Positions 54,457 to 64,000 of a DNA stretch of 64,000 nucleotides are shown here, one piece after another; position 1 is the stretch's first letter, and every line of letters begins with the position of its first letter. The DNA comes from Nitrospirota bacterium (GTDB lineage Bacteria > Nitrospirota > UBA9217), in the NCBI GenBank assembly GCA_963741205.1, contig CAVUHW010000020.1, positions 256,001 through 320,000 on the forward strand. Direction: 5' to 3'. Made by a program: the position numbers and the translations under genes. Below the pieces are notes generated by a model that searched no databases, had not been told where the DNA came from, and worked only from the letters and a program-made list of their open reading frames with translations.

Positions 54457-54829
54457 GCGGCTAAACGGAAGAAATTATACCTGTAACCGCTGGAAACGAC
54501 AACAATAAAATTGGAATTCCGGGGCGGCAGCGGAACGTTTGAACATTGCGACTGCCGATCAGGCTCCATGCCTGATTCTTTTAGCGGTTTCGTTTGAATA
54601 TTCCCTGAAATCTGAATGGACATACCCCCCGGATTACAGGCGTGTGTCAGAAATTTCCCGGATATGCTCGATCCCTGAATACTCGATTGTTGTGCAAATG
54701 CAATCACTCTCGTTTGGGAATGAGGGATTAGCAAGGGACAGGCGCTTGGCTCAGGTTGCCATACCTACGATGAGAGGGTTTGCCATTAGGGGGGCTGCCT
54801 GAACGAAGGAGACGCCCGATGAACGGGGA

Positions 54830-55462
54830 TTAATACTCAAACCTGATGCCCGCTCCGCCCGTCGTTCGGTCGCCGGCTTCGACTTCCAGAAGAACCATGA
54901 ACTTCTGGCTGATCTTCCACTCAAGCCCCACAAAGCCGTTCACGAACGTTTCGCGCTGGTCGGGAAGCGATCCGTAGATGGCCGACATAGACAGCCCGCC
55001 GTAAGGGACAAGCTTATATCCCCGGTCTGTCAGAGGAAAGTCTTTACTGACGATGGTCACAAAGGACAGTTCACTCGCGTTTTTGTCGTTGATAATCGTA
55101 GTGTCGACCCCCAGATCCACAGAGAGATCGAGCGGAATGCCCTCGGTCTCTTTGATGAGCTGATACTTGAAATCGGCGCCGATCAGCGCCCCCAGTTTGT
55201 CCGTCGATTCAAGGGGTATCTCCGTAGCGCCGAACTTGACCCCTACCTCCATCATCGCTCCCAATCCGTAGCGGATTTCCGGGTAGTAGCTTTTAAAATG
55301 ATCACCGAAACTGAAAAAGATGCCGGTCTGAGCCATGCCGGGGTCAAGGCTTTCTCCGGTCTTGAATTCATTCTGAGTAATATGGGGAAATGCCGCAGCA
55401 CTGCTTACCGTAAGCAGCAGGACCGCGGCGATAATGATAAATGATGAAATATTTTTTTGCAT
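54830..55462 (-). CDS. Putative outer-membrane beta-barrel protein
   Basis: Signal peptide, alternating strands, ends GIRFEY. Confidence 0.6.
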   Translation of the reverse strand: MQKNISSFIIIAAVLLLTVSSAAAFPHITQNEFKTGESLDPGMAQTGIFFSFGDHFKSYYPEIRYGLGAMMEVGVKFGATEIPLESTDKLGALIGADFKYQLIKETEGIPLDLSVDLGVDTTIINDKNASELSFVTIVSKDFPLTDRGYKLVPYGGLSMSAIYGSLPDQRETFVNGFVGLEWKISQKFMVLLEVEAGDRTTGGAGIRFEY

Positions 55463-55668
55463 TCCTCATGGCCTCCGCGCCGTAATGATCGATCGCACAA
55501 TGACACGGAATATAGCATCAAACACCATGGTTGACAAGAAAAAAAATTCGGTGCAGAGGGCTACGGGTTTGCGGATTGAGAATTCGACTGCCCGGGCAAA
55601 TCGCAGTCATCGCAGTGGAGGGGTGTCGAAGGCATTGCGGAGAGTGGTGATCGTTTGCATCTTCCGGT

Positions 55669-56205
55669 TCAGTCGTCTTTGGTGAGCTCAATGTTCCAGT
55701 AGAGATAATCGCGCCAGCTGAGAGGGGCGTTTTTGATCCCGATCGTCATCGTGACAACCGGCATCCACCGGGGCTTGTGCGGGTGCCGGATCAGCCTCAT
55801 CTTCGCCTCCTGGGGCGTCCTGCCGCCCTTCCGGTTGTTGCAGGACAGACAGGCGGTTACAATATTTTCCCAGGTGGCCTGGCCGCCTTGGACCTGCGGG
55901 ATGACATGATCAAAGGTCAGATCCTCGGCAGCGTGCCTGACTCCGCAGTACTGGCAGGTATACTTGTCGCGCTGGTAGATATTTGCCCGTGAAAAACGCA
56001 CTTCCCTGCTGGCGCGCCGGATCTTGACAAGTTTCAGCAGACGGAGGATGGAGGGCAGCTTGAAGGAGATGGACACGCCGCGGACATCTCGATCGTAAAA
56101 GTCGATTACCTCCACTTTCCCCTGGGTCAGGAGGGTAATCGCCCTTTGCCACGAGATGATCTTTAACGGTTCAAATGTTGCGTTGAGAAGCAGCGTCCGT
56201 TCCAT
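55669..56205 (-). CDS. HNH endonuclease
   Basis: LLNATFEP, RDKYTCQYCG, DHVIP, WENIVTACLSCNNRK. Confidence 0.92.
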   Translation of the reverse strand: MERTLLLNATFEPLKIISWQRAITLLTQGKVEVIDFYDRDVRGVSISFKLPSILRLLKLVKIRRASREVRFSRANIYQRDKYTCQYCGVRHAAEDLTFDHVIPQVQGGQATWENIVTACLSCNNRKGGRTPQEAKMRLIRHPHKPRWMPVVTMTIGIKNAPLSWRDYLYWNIELTKDD

Positions 56206-56329
56206 TGCGACCCTCGTATTCCCGCGATAAAGGAGAACCGAAAAGCATGCAAATTCACGTTGTTAAGTGATAAAAATACAGAAAACTTTGGTGTTTGTCA
56301 ATAGTTTTGAAAACCCGTATAATGTGGCT

Positions 56330-57289
56330 ATGAGCGACGTCGATGAGGCAAAAAAGGCAGAAGCTGCGTCAGCCGGCGACGACCAGATAGTCACGCTGCT
56401 CCACGACCCCTCTCCCGAGGTCATGAGGGCGCTTCTGGAAAACAGCAACCTGCGCGAGGAGCATGTCCTCGTCATCGCGAACAGGAAAAACCTGCCCGCC
56501 GATGTGCTCGCCAAGATCGCCCGGGACAATCGCTGGATGGATAACTATCCGATCCGCCTTGCGCTTGCTAAAAACCCGAAGACGCCCCTTTCGGTCTCTC
56601 TCTCGATTGTGCGATATCTCCGCCTCTTTGATATCGCGGAGATGACCCGCAATCACCTCCTTCCTCTTGCCTTCAGGCACAAGGTGGAATTCATCGTCAT
56701 GGAAAAGATTCCCACCATGCCGCTCGGAAATAAGAAGTCGCTGGCGAAGATGGCGGTAGGCGCCGTCCTCTTCAGGCTGCTGCAGGATGTCGAAGACGAG
56801 GTGGTCGCGCTGTGTCTCGCTAATCCGCGGATGCAGGAGAGCCACCTCTTCAAGATCATCAGCCGCAAGGACACGCGGGCGGAAACCATCCGCATGATCG
56901 CCGAACACCGGAACTGGTCAAGCCGCTCGCTCGTACGGTTTGCACTTGTCCGGAACGAGCATATGCCGCTTGCGGTCTCTGAGCGTTTTCTGCGGTCCAT
57001 GAGGGTGCCCGAACTGCGGGAACTCTATGCCGACCCGATGCTGCCCTTGGGCGTTAAACCGCTCGTCTACCGGGAACTCGTCAGCCGCGGGCAGGAACCG
57101 AGCGAGAGTATCGAGGAGCCCGTTTTTGAAATTGACGAAGACGCTGACGCGGATCTGGACAACTTCGAGACTATTGAAGATACTGCAGGACCGGAGAAGC
57201 CGGACGAAGAGAAGCTGAATAGACGCACCCGAGCTGGATCATGGGGAAATGAAACCGGGCACGCGAAGGAGAAGGAGGAGAAGGTTTAG
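56330..57289 (+). CDS. Helical-repeat (leucine-rich-variant-like) hypothetical protein
   Basis: Repeated LAKNPKTP / LANP / LVRNEH motifs and an acidic tail. Confidence 0.65.
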   Translation: MSDVDEAKKAEAASAGDDQIVTLLHDPSPEVMRALLENSNLREEHVLVIANRKNLPADVLAKIARDNRWMDNYPIRLALAKNPKTPLSVSLSIVRYLRLFDIAEMTRNHLLPLAFRHKVEFIVMEKIPTMPLGNKKSLAKMAVGAVLFRLLQDVEDEVVALCLANPRMQESHLFKIISRKDTRAETIRMIAEHRNWSSRSLVRFALVRNEHMPLAVSERFLRSMRVPELRELYADPMLPLGVKPLVYRELVSRGQEPSESIEEPVFEIDEDADADLDNFETIEDTAGPEKPDEEKLNRRTRAGSWGNETGHAKEKEEKV

Positions 57290-57365
57290 TAATAGTACCC
57301 ATTGTAACGGGCTTTGAATGTTGTTACAATTATACAAGAAACATCCGACATAAGGAGATGTAACT

Positions 57366-58647
57366 ATGGTTAACCTGACAAGAATATATCTAGGGGTTAT
57401 AAGAGCCCGGGCAGTTCTCTTTCAATTCCTTTCTGCGCTTGCTGTAACCGGCTTACTTTTCGCATGCGTTGCCAAGTCTAGCGGGGACGGCACCCAACCC
57501 GCAGGTGTTGCTGGAGACCTGGTTTCCTCCGGTGAGATCGCCACCCTCGGGGTGGCTCAACTTGACCAGACACTCGCGGGCTTCGGCATCACCGGTATTT
57601 CCGTAAGCGGCAGCGTGACATGCTATAAGCTTTCGTACATAACGCCGGATGTCTCAAACAACCTTATCACAGGCCTCGGGCCTGGTCTGTGTGCCCCCGG
57701 CCAAAAGCGGCGGCAACCCTGTCATCAGCTATCAGCACGGCACAATATTTCAGGATACCGATCAGGTCAGCGAGGCGCCCTCCAGGTTTACTAACGGCGA
57801 AGGGCTGTGGGCATCCTCCTCGCGTCGATTGGATACATAGCGGTGTTGCCGGATTATATCGGCTACGGCGATTCGACAAATGAACTTCACCCCTATGTGC
57901 ATGCAGCCACACTCGCGTCGGCCACCGTCGACATGAACCGGGCAGCGCGCAAGTTCCTGGCGGGCATCAACAGGTCCACCAACGGACAGTTTTTTCTTAC
58001 GGGCTACTCGGAAGGGGGATACGCGACGCTCGCGACCCAACGGCTGATGCAGCAAAGCCTAGCAACGGAGTTTCCCGGTAACCGCTTCGGAACCCGGCGC
58101 GGGGCCATATGACATGACGGGCACGACCCGGACAATCCTGTCGTCACCCACCCTGTCGCAGCCGGCCTTTGCAGGATTTTTTATGAAGGCCTACGATTCC
58201 ATTTACAATACGCCCAGCCAGCTCACGAACTATTTCTCCGCGCAATACGTGAACATCGTAGACACTCATTTTGACGGAAGTTACAGCAGGAACGAGGTCA
58301 GCGCCGCCCTCGGAGGCCCCGGAGTCCCAACAAACACGCTTTTCAATCCGGCGTTTATTACAAGCTACCTTGGCACGGGCGAGACTTCATTAAAAGCGCA
58401 CATAGCGGAAAACGACATCTACAACTGGGCGCCGGCAGTCCCCACGCGTTTGTTCCACAGCACGGACGACGACACCGTTCCTTTCGCCAATTCAACGACT
58501 GCAAAGACTGCGATGGAAAATAACGGTTCGACCAAGGTGACCCTTGTTACCTGCGTTTCCGGCACATTACCGGCGACACATACCAACTGCGCACGCCCGT
58601 TCGCCCTCGACATGATTTCTTTTTTTAAACTGACTTCAGGGTTATGA
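57366..58647 (+). CDS. Secreted lipase-like alpha/beta hydrolase lipoprotein (frameshifted)
   Basis: LFAC lipobox, YQHGT, PDYIGYG, GYSEGG, HSTDDDTVP. Confidence 0.8.
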
Positions 58648-59778
58648 TACGATCTTGAGTCCCCATCCCTTGCCAACCGTTATCGCGCCCTGGGGACAAA
58701 ATTCCTGGCAGCAGAAACAGCGGATACAATCTCTGTAGCGGATCTCAAGCCCCCGCTCTGAATCCTTGATAGCTCTCTGAGGGCAGTGGCCCTGGCAGAT
58801 GCCGCACTTGACGCAGAGCTCATGGTTGATGAGGGGTCTTGTCGTGAAGGCGTTCTTGAGAGAACTGCGGGCCCACTCAGGCAGCGCCCATTCGGTGTGC
58901 TCCCGCGGGGGGAGACGAAACCGCTTGACGGCCGCGCCTCCCAGGGGTTCTCCCAGGACCCTGATGCGGTCTGCTTTCGTCTCGCCGACTCCTGCTGCTC
59001 GGGCGGCCATAAGGACGGGAAGTTCTTCGGCATCCACCCCGACCAGGCGGCCCGCTATCACATCGACAGCTACCGCGTCGCGGCCTGCGATGACCTTTCC
59101 GATTTTACAAGGATCGCCGCTTCCGGGGCCGTTTCCTTCCATGCCGATGACGGCATCCATGATGGTGAGCTTCGGATGAAGAAGGCGGTATAACTCAACG
59201 AGCATCGTCATGAAAAGCTCGTGGTTTACGCCGGTATTGAAGTGCCATTGGACCTTGCGCTTGCCTGGGATGCATCCAAAAAGGTTTTTGACCGCGCCGG
59301 TGAGCGTCGTCATGCCATGTGTTTTAAGCTTGGGCAGATTGATGATCAAGTCGGCATCGCGTGCGGCGCGCGACACCTCAAAGCGCTGAAATCTGCCGCT
59401 GTTCTTTACCTGCACGGCCTCATCCATGTTCGCGAAGTCCGCTCCCTCTTCACGCACGACGTCAAGAATGCCGCATCGTTCGGAAACCTTTCGAAGATCA
59501 CCCATGCCGGGGCTGTCTCCTACCAGGGCCTGGCCGCCTGCTTCCTGTACGAGTCTGATAACGGCGCGGACCACTTCCGGGTGAGTCGTAACGGCCGCTT
59601 CGGGCGGGGCAGCCTTGAGCAAGTTCGGTTTTATCAAGACCCGGTCACCACGCTTCACAAATTCTGCGATGCCGCCAAGCAAATCGACAGCCTGCCTTAC
59701 CGCTGAAGCCGTCTTCTCCCGGTCATACGCGGAACATCGGACAATGGCAACATCGGACGAAGTTTCGTTCATTCTCAT
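58642..59778 (-). CDS. DUF362 protein with two C-terminal [4Fe-4S] motifs
   Basis: IKPN, TTHP, PKLKTH, KNLFG; CxxCxxCxxxCP twice. Confidence 0.9.
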   Translation of the reverse strand: MRMNETSSDVAIVRCSAYDREKTASAVRQAVDLLGGIAEFVKRGDRVLIKPNLLKAAPPEAAVTTHPEVVRAVIRLVQEAGGQALVGDSPGMGDLRKVSERCGILDVVREEGADFANMDEAVQVKNSGRFQRFEVSRAARDADLIINLPKLKTHGMTTLTGAVKNLFGCIPGKRKVQWHFNTGVNHELFMTMLVELYRLLHPKLTIMDAVIGMEGNGPGSGDPCKIGKVIAGRDAVAVDVIAGRLVGVDAEELPVLMAARAAGVGETKADRIRVLGEPLGGAAVKRFRLPPREHTEWALPEWARSSLKNAFTTRPLINHELCVKCGICQGHCPQRAIKDSERGLEIRYRDCIRCFCCQEFCPQGAITVGKGWGLKIVS

Positions 59779-60593
59779 CTTTTTTCATTCCGCATTCCAA
59801 AATCCGCGTTCCGCATCTTTTCGACCTTCTGCAGTATCTCCAGCATGTGATGATGTATCCTGCCGTTGCTTGCAAGGATCTCCTCGGCATGAATGCTGAA
59901 GCGGCTGCCGGAGAAATCGGAGACCGCACCTCCGGCCTCGGTCACGATCAGACTTCCCGCGGCTACGTCCCACGGCTTTAGTTTGAGCTCCCAGAAGCCG
60001 TCGAAACGTCCGGACGCGACATAACAGAGATCGAGCGCAGCAGACCCGTCCCGCCGTACTTCCTGCGACGCCATGAGCAGATCATGGAAGTAGTCCAGGT
60101 TATTTTTTTCGCTTATCTTGCGGTCGTAAGGAAATCCCGTCGCAAGCAGGCTCTTGATGAGGGTGTCAACGCCGGTGACCCGGATCTTCCTGCCGTTCAG
60201 GGTAGCGCCCATCCCCTTACGCGCCGCAAAAAGCTCGTCTCTCATGGGGTCATAGACGACGCCCGTGATAATTTCTCCGTTATGCTCAAGCGCGATAGAC
60301 ACGGAGAAACAGGGATACCCATGGGCATAATTGGTCGTGCCGTCGAGAGGGTCGATTATCCACAGATAGCCGGACTCGTTTCTCATGCTCGTTTCCTCTT
60401 CGGCAATGATGCCGTGCCCGGGAAAGGCCGCGCGAAGCGTCTCAACGATCGCCCGTTCCGAGCGTGTGTCCATCTCGGTTGCCAGATTGATGTCCCCTTT
60501 GTAGAAAATTTCCCGGGTGCCGTTTATATTTTCTCGCAGGATTTTGCCCGCGTGGCGCGCCGCATCGCTTGCGACGGCTAAAAACTCGTCCAT
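59775..60593 (-). CDS. suhB: Inositol monophosphatase
   Basis: WIIDPLDGTTNY, GSAALD, WDVAAG. Confidence 0.93.
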   Translation of the reverse strand: MDEFLAVASDAARHAGKILRENINGTREIFYKGDINLATEMDTRSERAIVETLRAAFPGHGIIAEEETSMRNESGYLWIIDPLDGTTNYAHGYPCFSVSIALEHNGEIITGVVYDPMRDELFAARKGMGATLNGRKIRVTGVDTLIKSLLATGFPYDRKISEKNNLDYFHDLLMASQEVRRDGSAALDLCYVASGRFDGFWELKLKPWDVAAGSLIVTEAGGAVSDFSGSRFSIHAEEILASNGRIHHHMLEILQKVEKMRNADFGMRNEKR

Positions 60594-60721
60594 ACATCGT
60601 CCTCCCTGTTCGCAGCGTTCTGGATGATAGTACCACAATTCTCCCTGAAATAAAAAAAGGGCAAGGCTCCTTCGCCTTACCCTTCCTACTCGTAGCACCT
60701 GAAAGAAATTATCAGTGACTT

Positions 60722-60910
60722 CTACTGAACAATCGTTTCCATCTGAACGCCGAGGTAATCCGCCAGAAGCTTCACGGTCCGCGGCTTCATGGTGACTCCT
60801 TTGAGCGTTCTCGATACTGTTACTTTGTGCATCCCAAGCCTATCTGCAATCTCAGTGTAACTTAAACCCTTCTCCAAGCGTTTTCTTTCAAGAATTTCAA
60901 TCTTATACAT
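60722..60910 (-). CDS. Small XRE/Cro-like HTH protein
   Basis: GGAGG SD; GLSYTEIADRLGMHKVTVSR. Confidence 0.85.
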   Translation of the reverse strand: MYKIEILERKRLEKGLSYTEIADRLGMHKVTVSRTLKGVTMKPRTVKLLADYLGVQMETIVQ

Positions 60911-61049
60911 GACATTCCTCCGCAACAAATGTGACATATACACGGCTTAAAAGACTGTAGATGGAGATAATCTAAATATACAATTATTAATATAGCACAA
61001 ATATTTGCATTGTGAAACAAAAAATATATAATTTTTTCGTAACTTCCTG

Positions 61050-61078
61050 TTGACAAAATGCTAAAAAGAGGGTATAAA
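61050..61078 (+). promoter_or_regulatory. Sigma70 promoter of the rightward HTH gene
   Basis: TTGACA-17 nt-TATAAA, 9 nt before the ATG. Confidence 0.65.
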
Positions 61079-61087
61079 AAGTCCGGT

Positions 61088-61330
61088 ATGACACTCGCGG
61101 AAAAACTCAAGAAACTGCGGATGCGGAACAAACTGTCGATGAGCCAGGTGGCGCGCATGTCTGAACGCGCCTCTGACAACCGCGGCAGGATTACGCAAGG
61201 CTACATCTCGCGCCTCGAGTCTGGTAAAGAGACCAATCCCAGCCTTATGAAGCTCATCACGCTCAGCAACATCTATAAAATCCAGCCCAACGAACTCTTC
61301 GTACGAAACAACAGAAAAAAATCGAAATAG
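61088..61330 (+). CDS. XRE-family HTH regulator
   Basis: LAEKLKKLR, YISRLESG...NPS. Confidence 0.85.
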   Translation: MTLAEKLKKLRMRNKLSMSQVARMSERASDNRGRITQGYISRLESGKETNPSLMKLITLSNIYKIQPNELFVRNNRKKSK

Positions 61331-61382
61331 ACTTGTCGGTTTCGTAAAAAGTCAGAAATGCAGAAGGTCCATCCTTCCGATG

Positions 61383-61468
61383 GCCCGCGCCCAGCGATTA
61401 TGACCCTGCACCCAGCGGTTATGAGTGCTTGCGCGAATGCAGGGTGTTCCGAAGGCCAGTGCAGAGCG
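61383..61468. repeat. Structured dispersed element, copy B
   Basis: Aligns with 4973-5060; preceded by tcgtaaaaagtc at 61342. Confidence 0.6.
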
Positions 61469-61504
61469 TCTGGAATCGTTTTTTACCAGGATGTCATATG
61501 AAGA

Positions 61505-61538
61505 GGTGATTCCCGATGATCGGGAATCACCACTTTTT
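61505..61538. terminator. Hairpin between convergent genes
   Basis: ggtgattcccga-tga-tcgggaatcacc-acttttt. Confidence 0.7.
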
Positions 61539-61577
61539 AGGCGAGTTCACCAAAGTTGACGAGACCGCGTGTGCGCC

Positions 61578-62418
61578 TTAGCGGCTCGCAGTCCAGCGGT
61601 GCGGCACGTGGCAAATTTTGCAGTGCTTGGATGATTCGTGAATGGGTTTGAGCGAAAGCACCTCGCGCGTATGACAGCGAAGGCAATCTTCATCAGTCGG
61701 TTTGATGCGCGCATGGGGCTTGTGGCACTCATAGCAATTGAGCCGCGCCATAGGCACCCTATCGGGAAATGACGTCCGTGACGACTTTCGATGACACGAG
61801 AGGCATTGCTCACGGTCGGGGATGAAGGCCTCAAGTTTTTTTGGGGAGAAGGTGTGGCACCGCAGACAGGAGATATCCTCCATGCCGACGCCGTGAATCT
61901 TCCAGTCCTTGTGGCAGCGAAGGCAGGCGTCCTTCTCCGGTCGGAACGAATGAACGGTTTTGCTGTGGCAGTCTTTGCAGGACAGCTTTTCCATGAAAAC
62001 ATGGCGCGCATGGCCTGTCGATTTATTCACGGTCAGCGACCCTTGCGCAGCCTCATCCCAATGGCACTTTGTACAGGTCTTCCACGGAGTTTTATTTCCA
62101 TGCGGTTCAGGCGTCTTGCGGTTGGTCGTGAAAATAAATTTCACGAGCAGCATGTTCTGTTCTATCATGCCGAGCTGGTGGCAGTCCTGGCAGACCATGT
62201 TCCGGTGGCCGGACAGCTTCCATGCCGTGATACGCCTCCTCCATCAGGTGGCAGCTGTTGCAGAACTCCGGGTTTTTCTGGATATACTGGTAATACCTCA
62301 CGGCAAGGACAATCCCGAGGACCGAGATCGTAAGCAGGACGGAGACGATGATGACTTTGTCCCTCGGGCTTAATCCCCGTTCGAGCTTATCGAATATTTT
62401 GGCTATAAATTTATACAT
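61578..62418 (-). CDS. Membrane-anchored multiheme cytochrome c with 10 CxxCH motifs (one frameshift)
   Basis: N-terminal TM helix; CNSCH, CQDCH, CTKCH, CKDCH, CLRCH three times, CLSCH, CYECH, CKICH. Confidence 0.88.
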
Positions 62419-62473
62419 GGTTACAATCAGGAGTCGGAAACCGCCACCCCGACCCCTTACTGTTGTCTCACGG

Positions 62474-63488
62474 CTACTTTATCAAATGCTCCGCGATCTG
62501 CACCGCGTTCAAGGCCGCGCCCTTCCGCAGATTGTCGGTCACGAGCCAGAGATTGATCCCGTTCGGGATCGACTCGTCTTCCCGTGATCCTGCCGACATA
62601 GGTCTCGTCCTTCCCGACGACATCCAATGCCAGGGGATAAATGTTCTTTTTCGGCTCGTCGTACACCAGGATGCCCGGCGCCGCCGCAAGGAGAGCCCTC
62701 ACTTCATTGGCCGAGATCTTTTTCTCGGTTTCGATGTTCACCGATTCGGAGTGGCCTCGAAAAACAGGGACCCGGACCGCCGTGGCGGTCACTCGGATGG
62801 CGTCGTCTTCCATGATTTTCTTCGTCTCGTTCACCATGTTCATCTCTTCCCTGGTATAGCCGTTGTCGAGGAAGGAATCGATGTGCGGAAGGCAGTTGAA
62901 CGCGATCTGATGCGGATAGACCTTTGTTTCAATGTCCTTGAAGTTCAGGAGCGCGACGGTCTGCTGCGCAAGCTCGTCCATGGCCTTTTTGCCCGTGCCG
63001 GACACGGACTGAAAGGTGGTGACGACGATGCGTTTGATTTTCACCACGTCATGAATAGGCTTCAGCACCACGACCAACGCGATCGTGGAGCAATTCGGGT
63101 TTGCGATGATCCCGTTGTGCCTTTCCAGGGCATGAGCGTTCACCTCGGGCACCACGAGCGGGACCTTCGGGTCCATGCGGAACGCGCTCGAGTTGTCGAT
63201 CACAACCGCGCCGGAATCGACTGCCGCTGGGGCGAACTCGAGGCTGCGCTCGGCGCCGGCCGAAAAGAACGCGATGTCAACATCCTTGAACGAATCCTTG
63301 TCCAGTTTACGGACAATAACGTTCTTGCCCTTAAACTCGACCCGTTCACCCTCGGAACGCTCCGACGCAAGCGCGACAAGCTCGCTCACCGGGAACTTTC
63401 GTTCTTCCAGGATCTCGAGCATTTCCCTGCCCACGGCGCCGGTGGCGCCTACAACGGCAACGACGTATTTATTCTTTTTCTTGAGCAT
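62474..63488 (-). CDS. asd: Aspartate-semialdehyde dehydrogenase, Gram-positive/AsdB type (frameshift near the C-terminus)
   Basis: [38 protein letters not shown]. Confidence 0.94.
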
Positions 63489-63570
63489 TGTTTAAATTCG
63501 ACGGAATAACAGGATCAATTTCGGATTTAATAATCCTGTCGATCCTGTCATCCTGTCCAATGTTTTGACC

Positions 63571-64000
63571 TTATTTCTCCACCACGATCCGCAGCATTCG
63601 CCGGAGCGGCTCTGCCGCGCCCCACAGGAGCTGGTCGCCGCAGGTGAAGGCATTCAGGAACGTCGGCCCCATGTTCATCTTGCGCAAGCGTCCGACCGGC
63701 ACGGTCAGCGTGCCGGTAACCGCAGCGGGGGTGAGTTCCTTCATCGTGATCTCGCGCTGGTTCGGCACGACCTTCACCCACTTGTTATGCTTGGCGATCA
63801 TGTCGGTGATCTCGTCAAGCGGCACGTCCTTGGTCATCTTGATCGTGAGCGCCTGGCTGTGGCAGCGCATGGCGCCGACACGAACGCAGGTGCCGTCGAT
63901 CGGGATCGGATTATTCTCGCGGCCCAGGATCTTGTTCGTCTCGGCCTGGCCCTTCCACTCTTCCTTGCTCTGGCCGTTGTCGAGCTGTTTGTCGATCCAG
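63571..64000 (-). CDS. asd: Aspartate-semialdehyde dehydrogenase, E. coli type (C-terminal part only)
   Basis: [43 protein letters not shown]. Confidence 0.93.
   Translation of the reverse strand, partial: WIDKQLDNGQSKEEWKGQAETNKILGRENNPIPIDGTCVRVGAMRCHSQALTIKMTKDVPLDEITDMIAKHNKWVKVVPNQREITMKELTPAAVTGTLTVPVGRLRKMNMGPTFLNAFTCGDQLLWGAAEPLRRMLRIVVEK

Noticed and set aside
54740-54800. c-di-GMP-I riboswitch suggested by GGCAAAC on the minus strand
   Set aside because: Lacks the GNRA-capped stem and the GCAAAG second hairpin
55669-56205. HNH gene as an IscB/Cas9-like or defence nuclease
   Set aside because: Only 178 aa with no RuvC motifs, no methylase and no evident ncRNA; it looks like a common stand-alone HNH family
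770-63488. Widespread pseudogenes or programmed frameshifting (livH/K, thiE, accC, nusB, ribE, fdhD, sigma factor, asd and others)
   Set aside because: Isolated single-base indels occur even in essential genes with intact motifs, often in short homopolymers; this is typical of long-read consensus error

Overview
GC-rich bacterial chromosome segment whose gene content and order resemble Nitrospirota/Desulfobacterota (inference). Most of it is core metabolism: purH-like, liv, thiE, accCB, efp, aroQ, 2-oxoacid oxidoreductase beta/gamma, tRNA-Phe, purF/purB, nusB, rib genes, glgP, nfi, pyrEF, suhB and two asd genes. An accessory stretch at about 18-46 kb carries GNATs, VapBC, PLP enzymes, a Ni/Co ECF uptake cluster and two DUF885 proteins. 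Many genes, including essential ones, carry single-base frameshifts that are best explained as long-read assembly errors. I found no integrase, transposase, CRISPR array or prophage structural gene. The most notable observations are: a stand-alone divergent cI/cro-like HTH pair; a two-copy intergenic element with compensatory stem changes; MITE-like elements, one with a flanking duplication; 7-9-mer repeat arrays at many gene junctions; a candidate leader-peptide attenuator; a His-rich fusion on the Ni/Co ATPase; a compact decaheme cytochrome; and several apparently leaderless genes.
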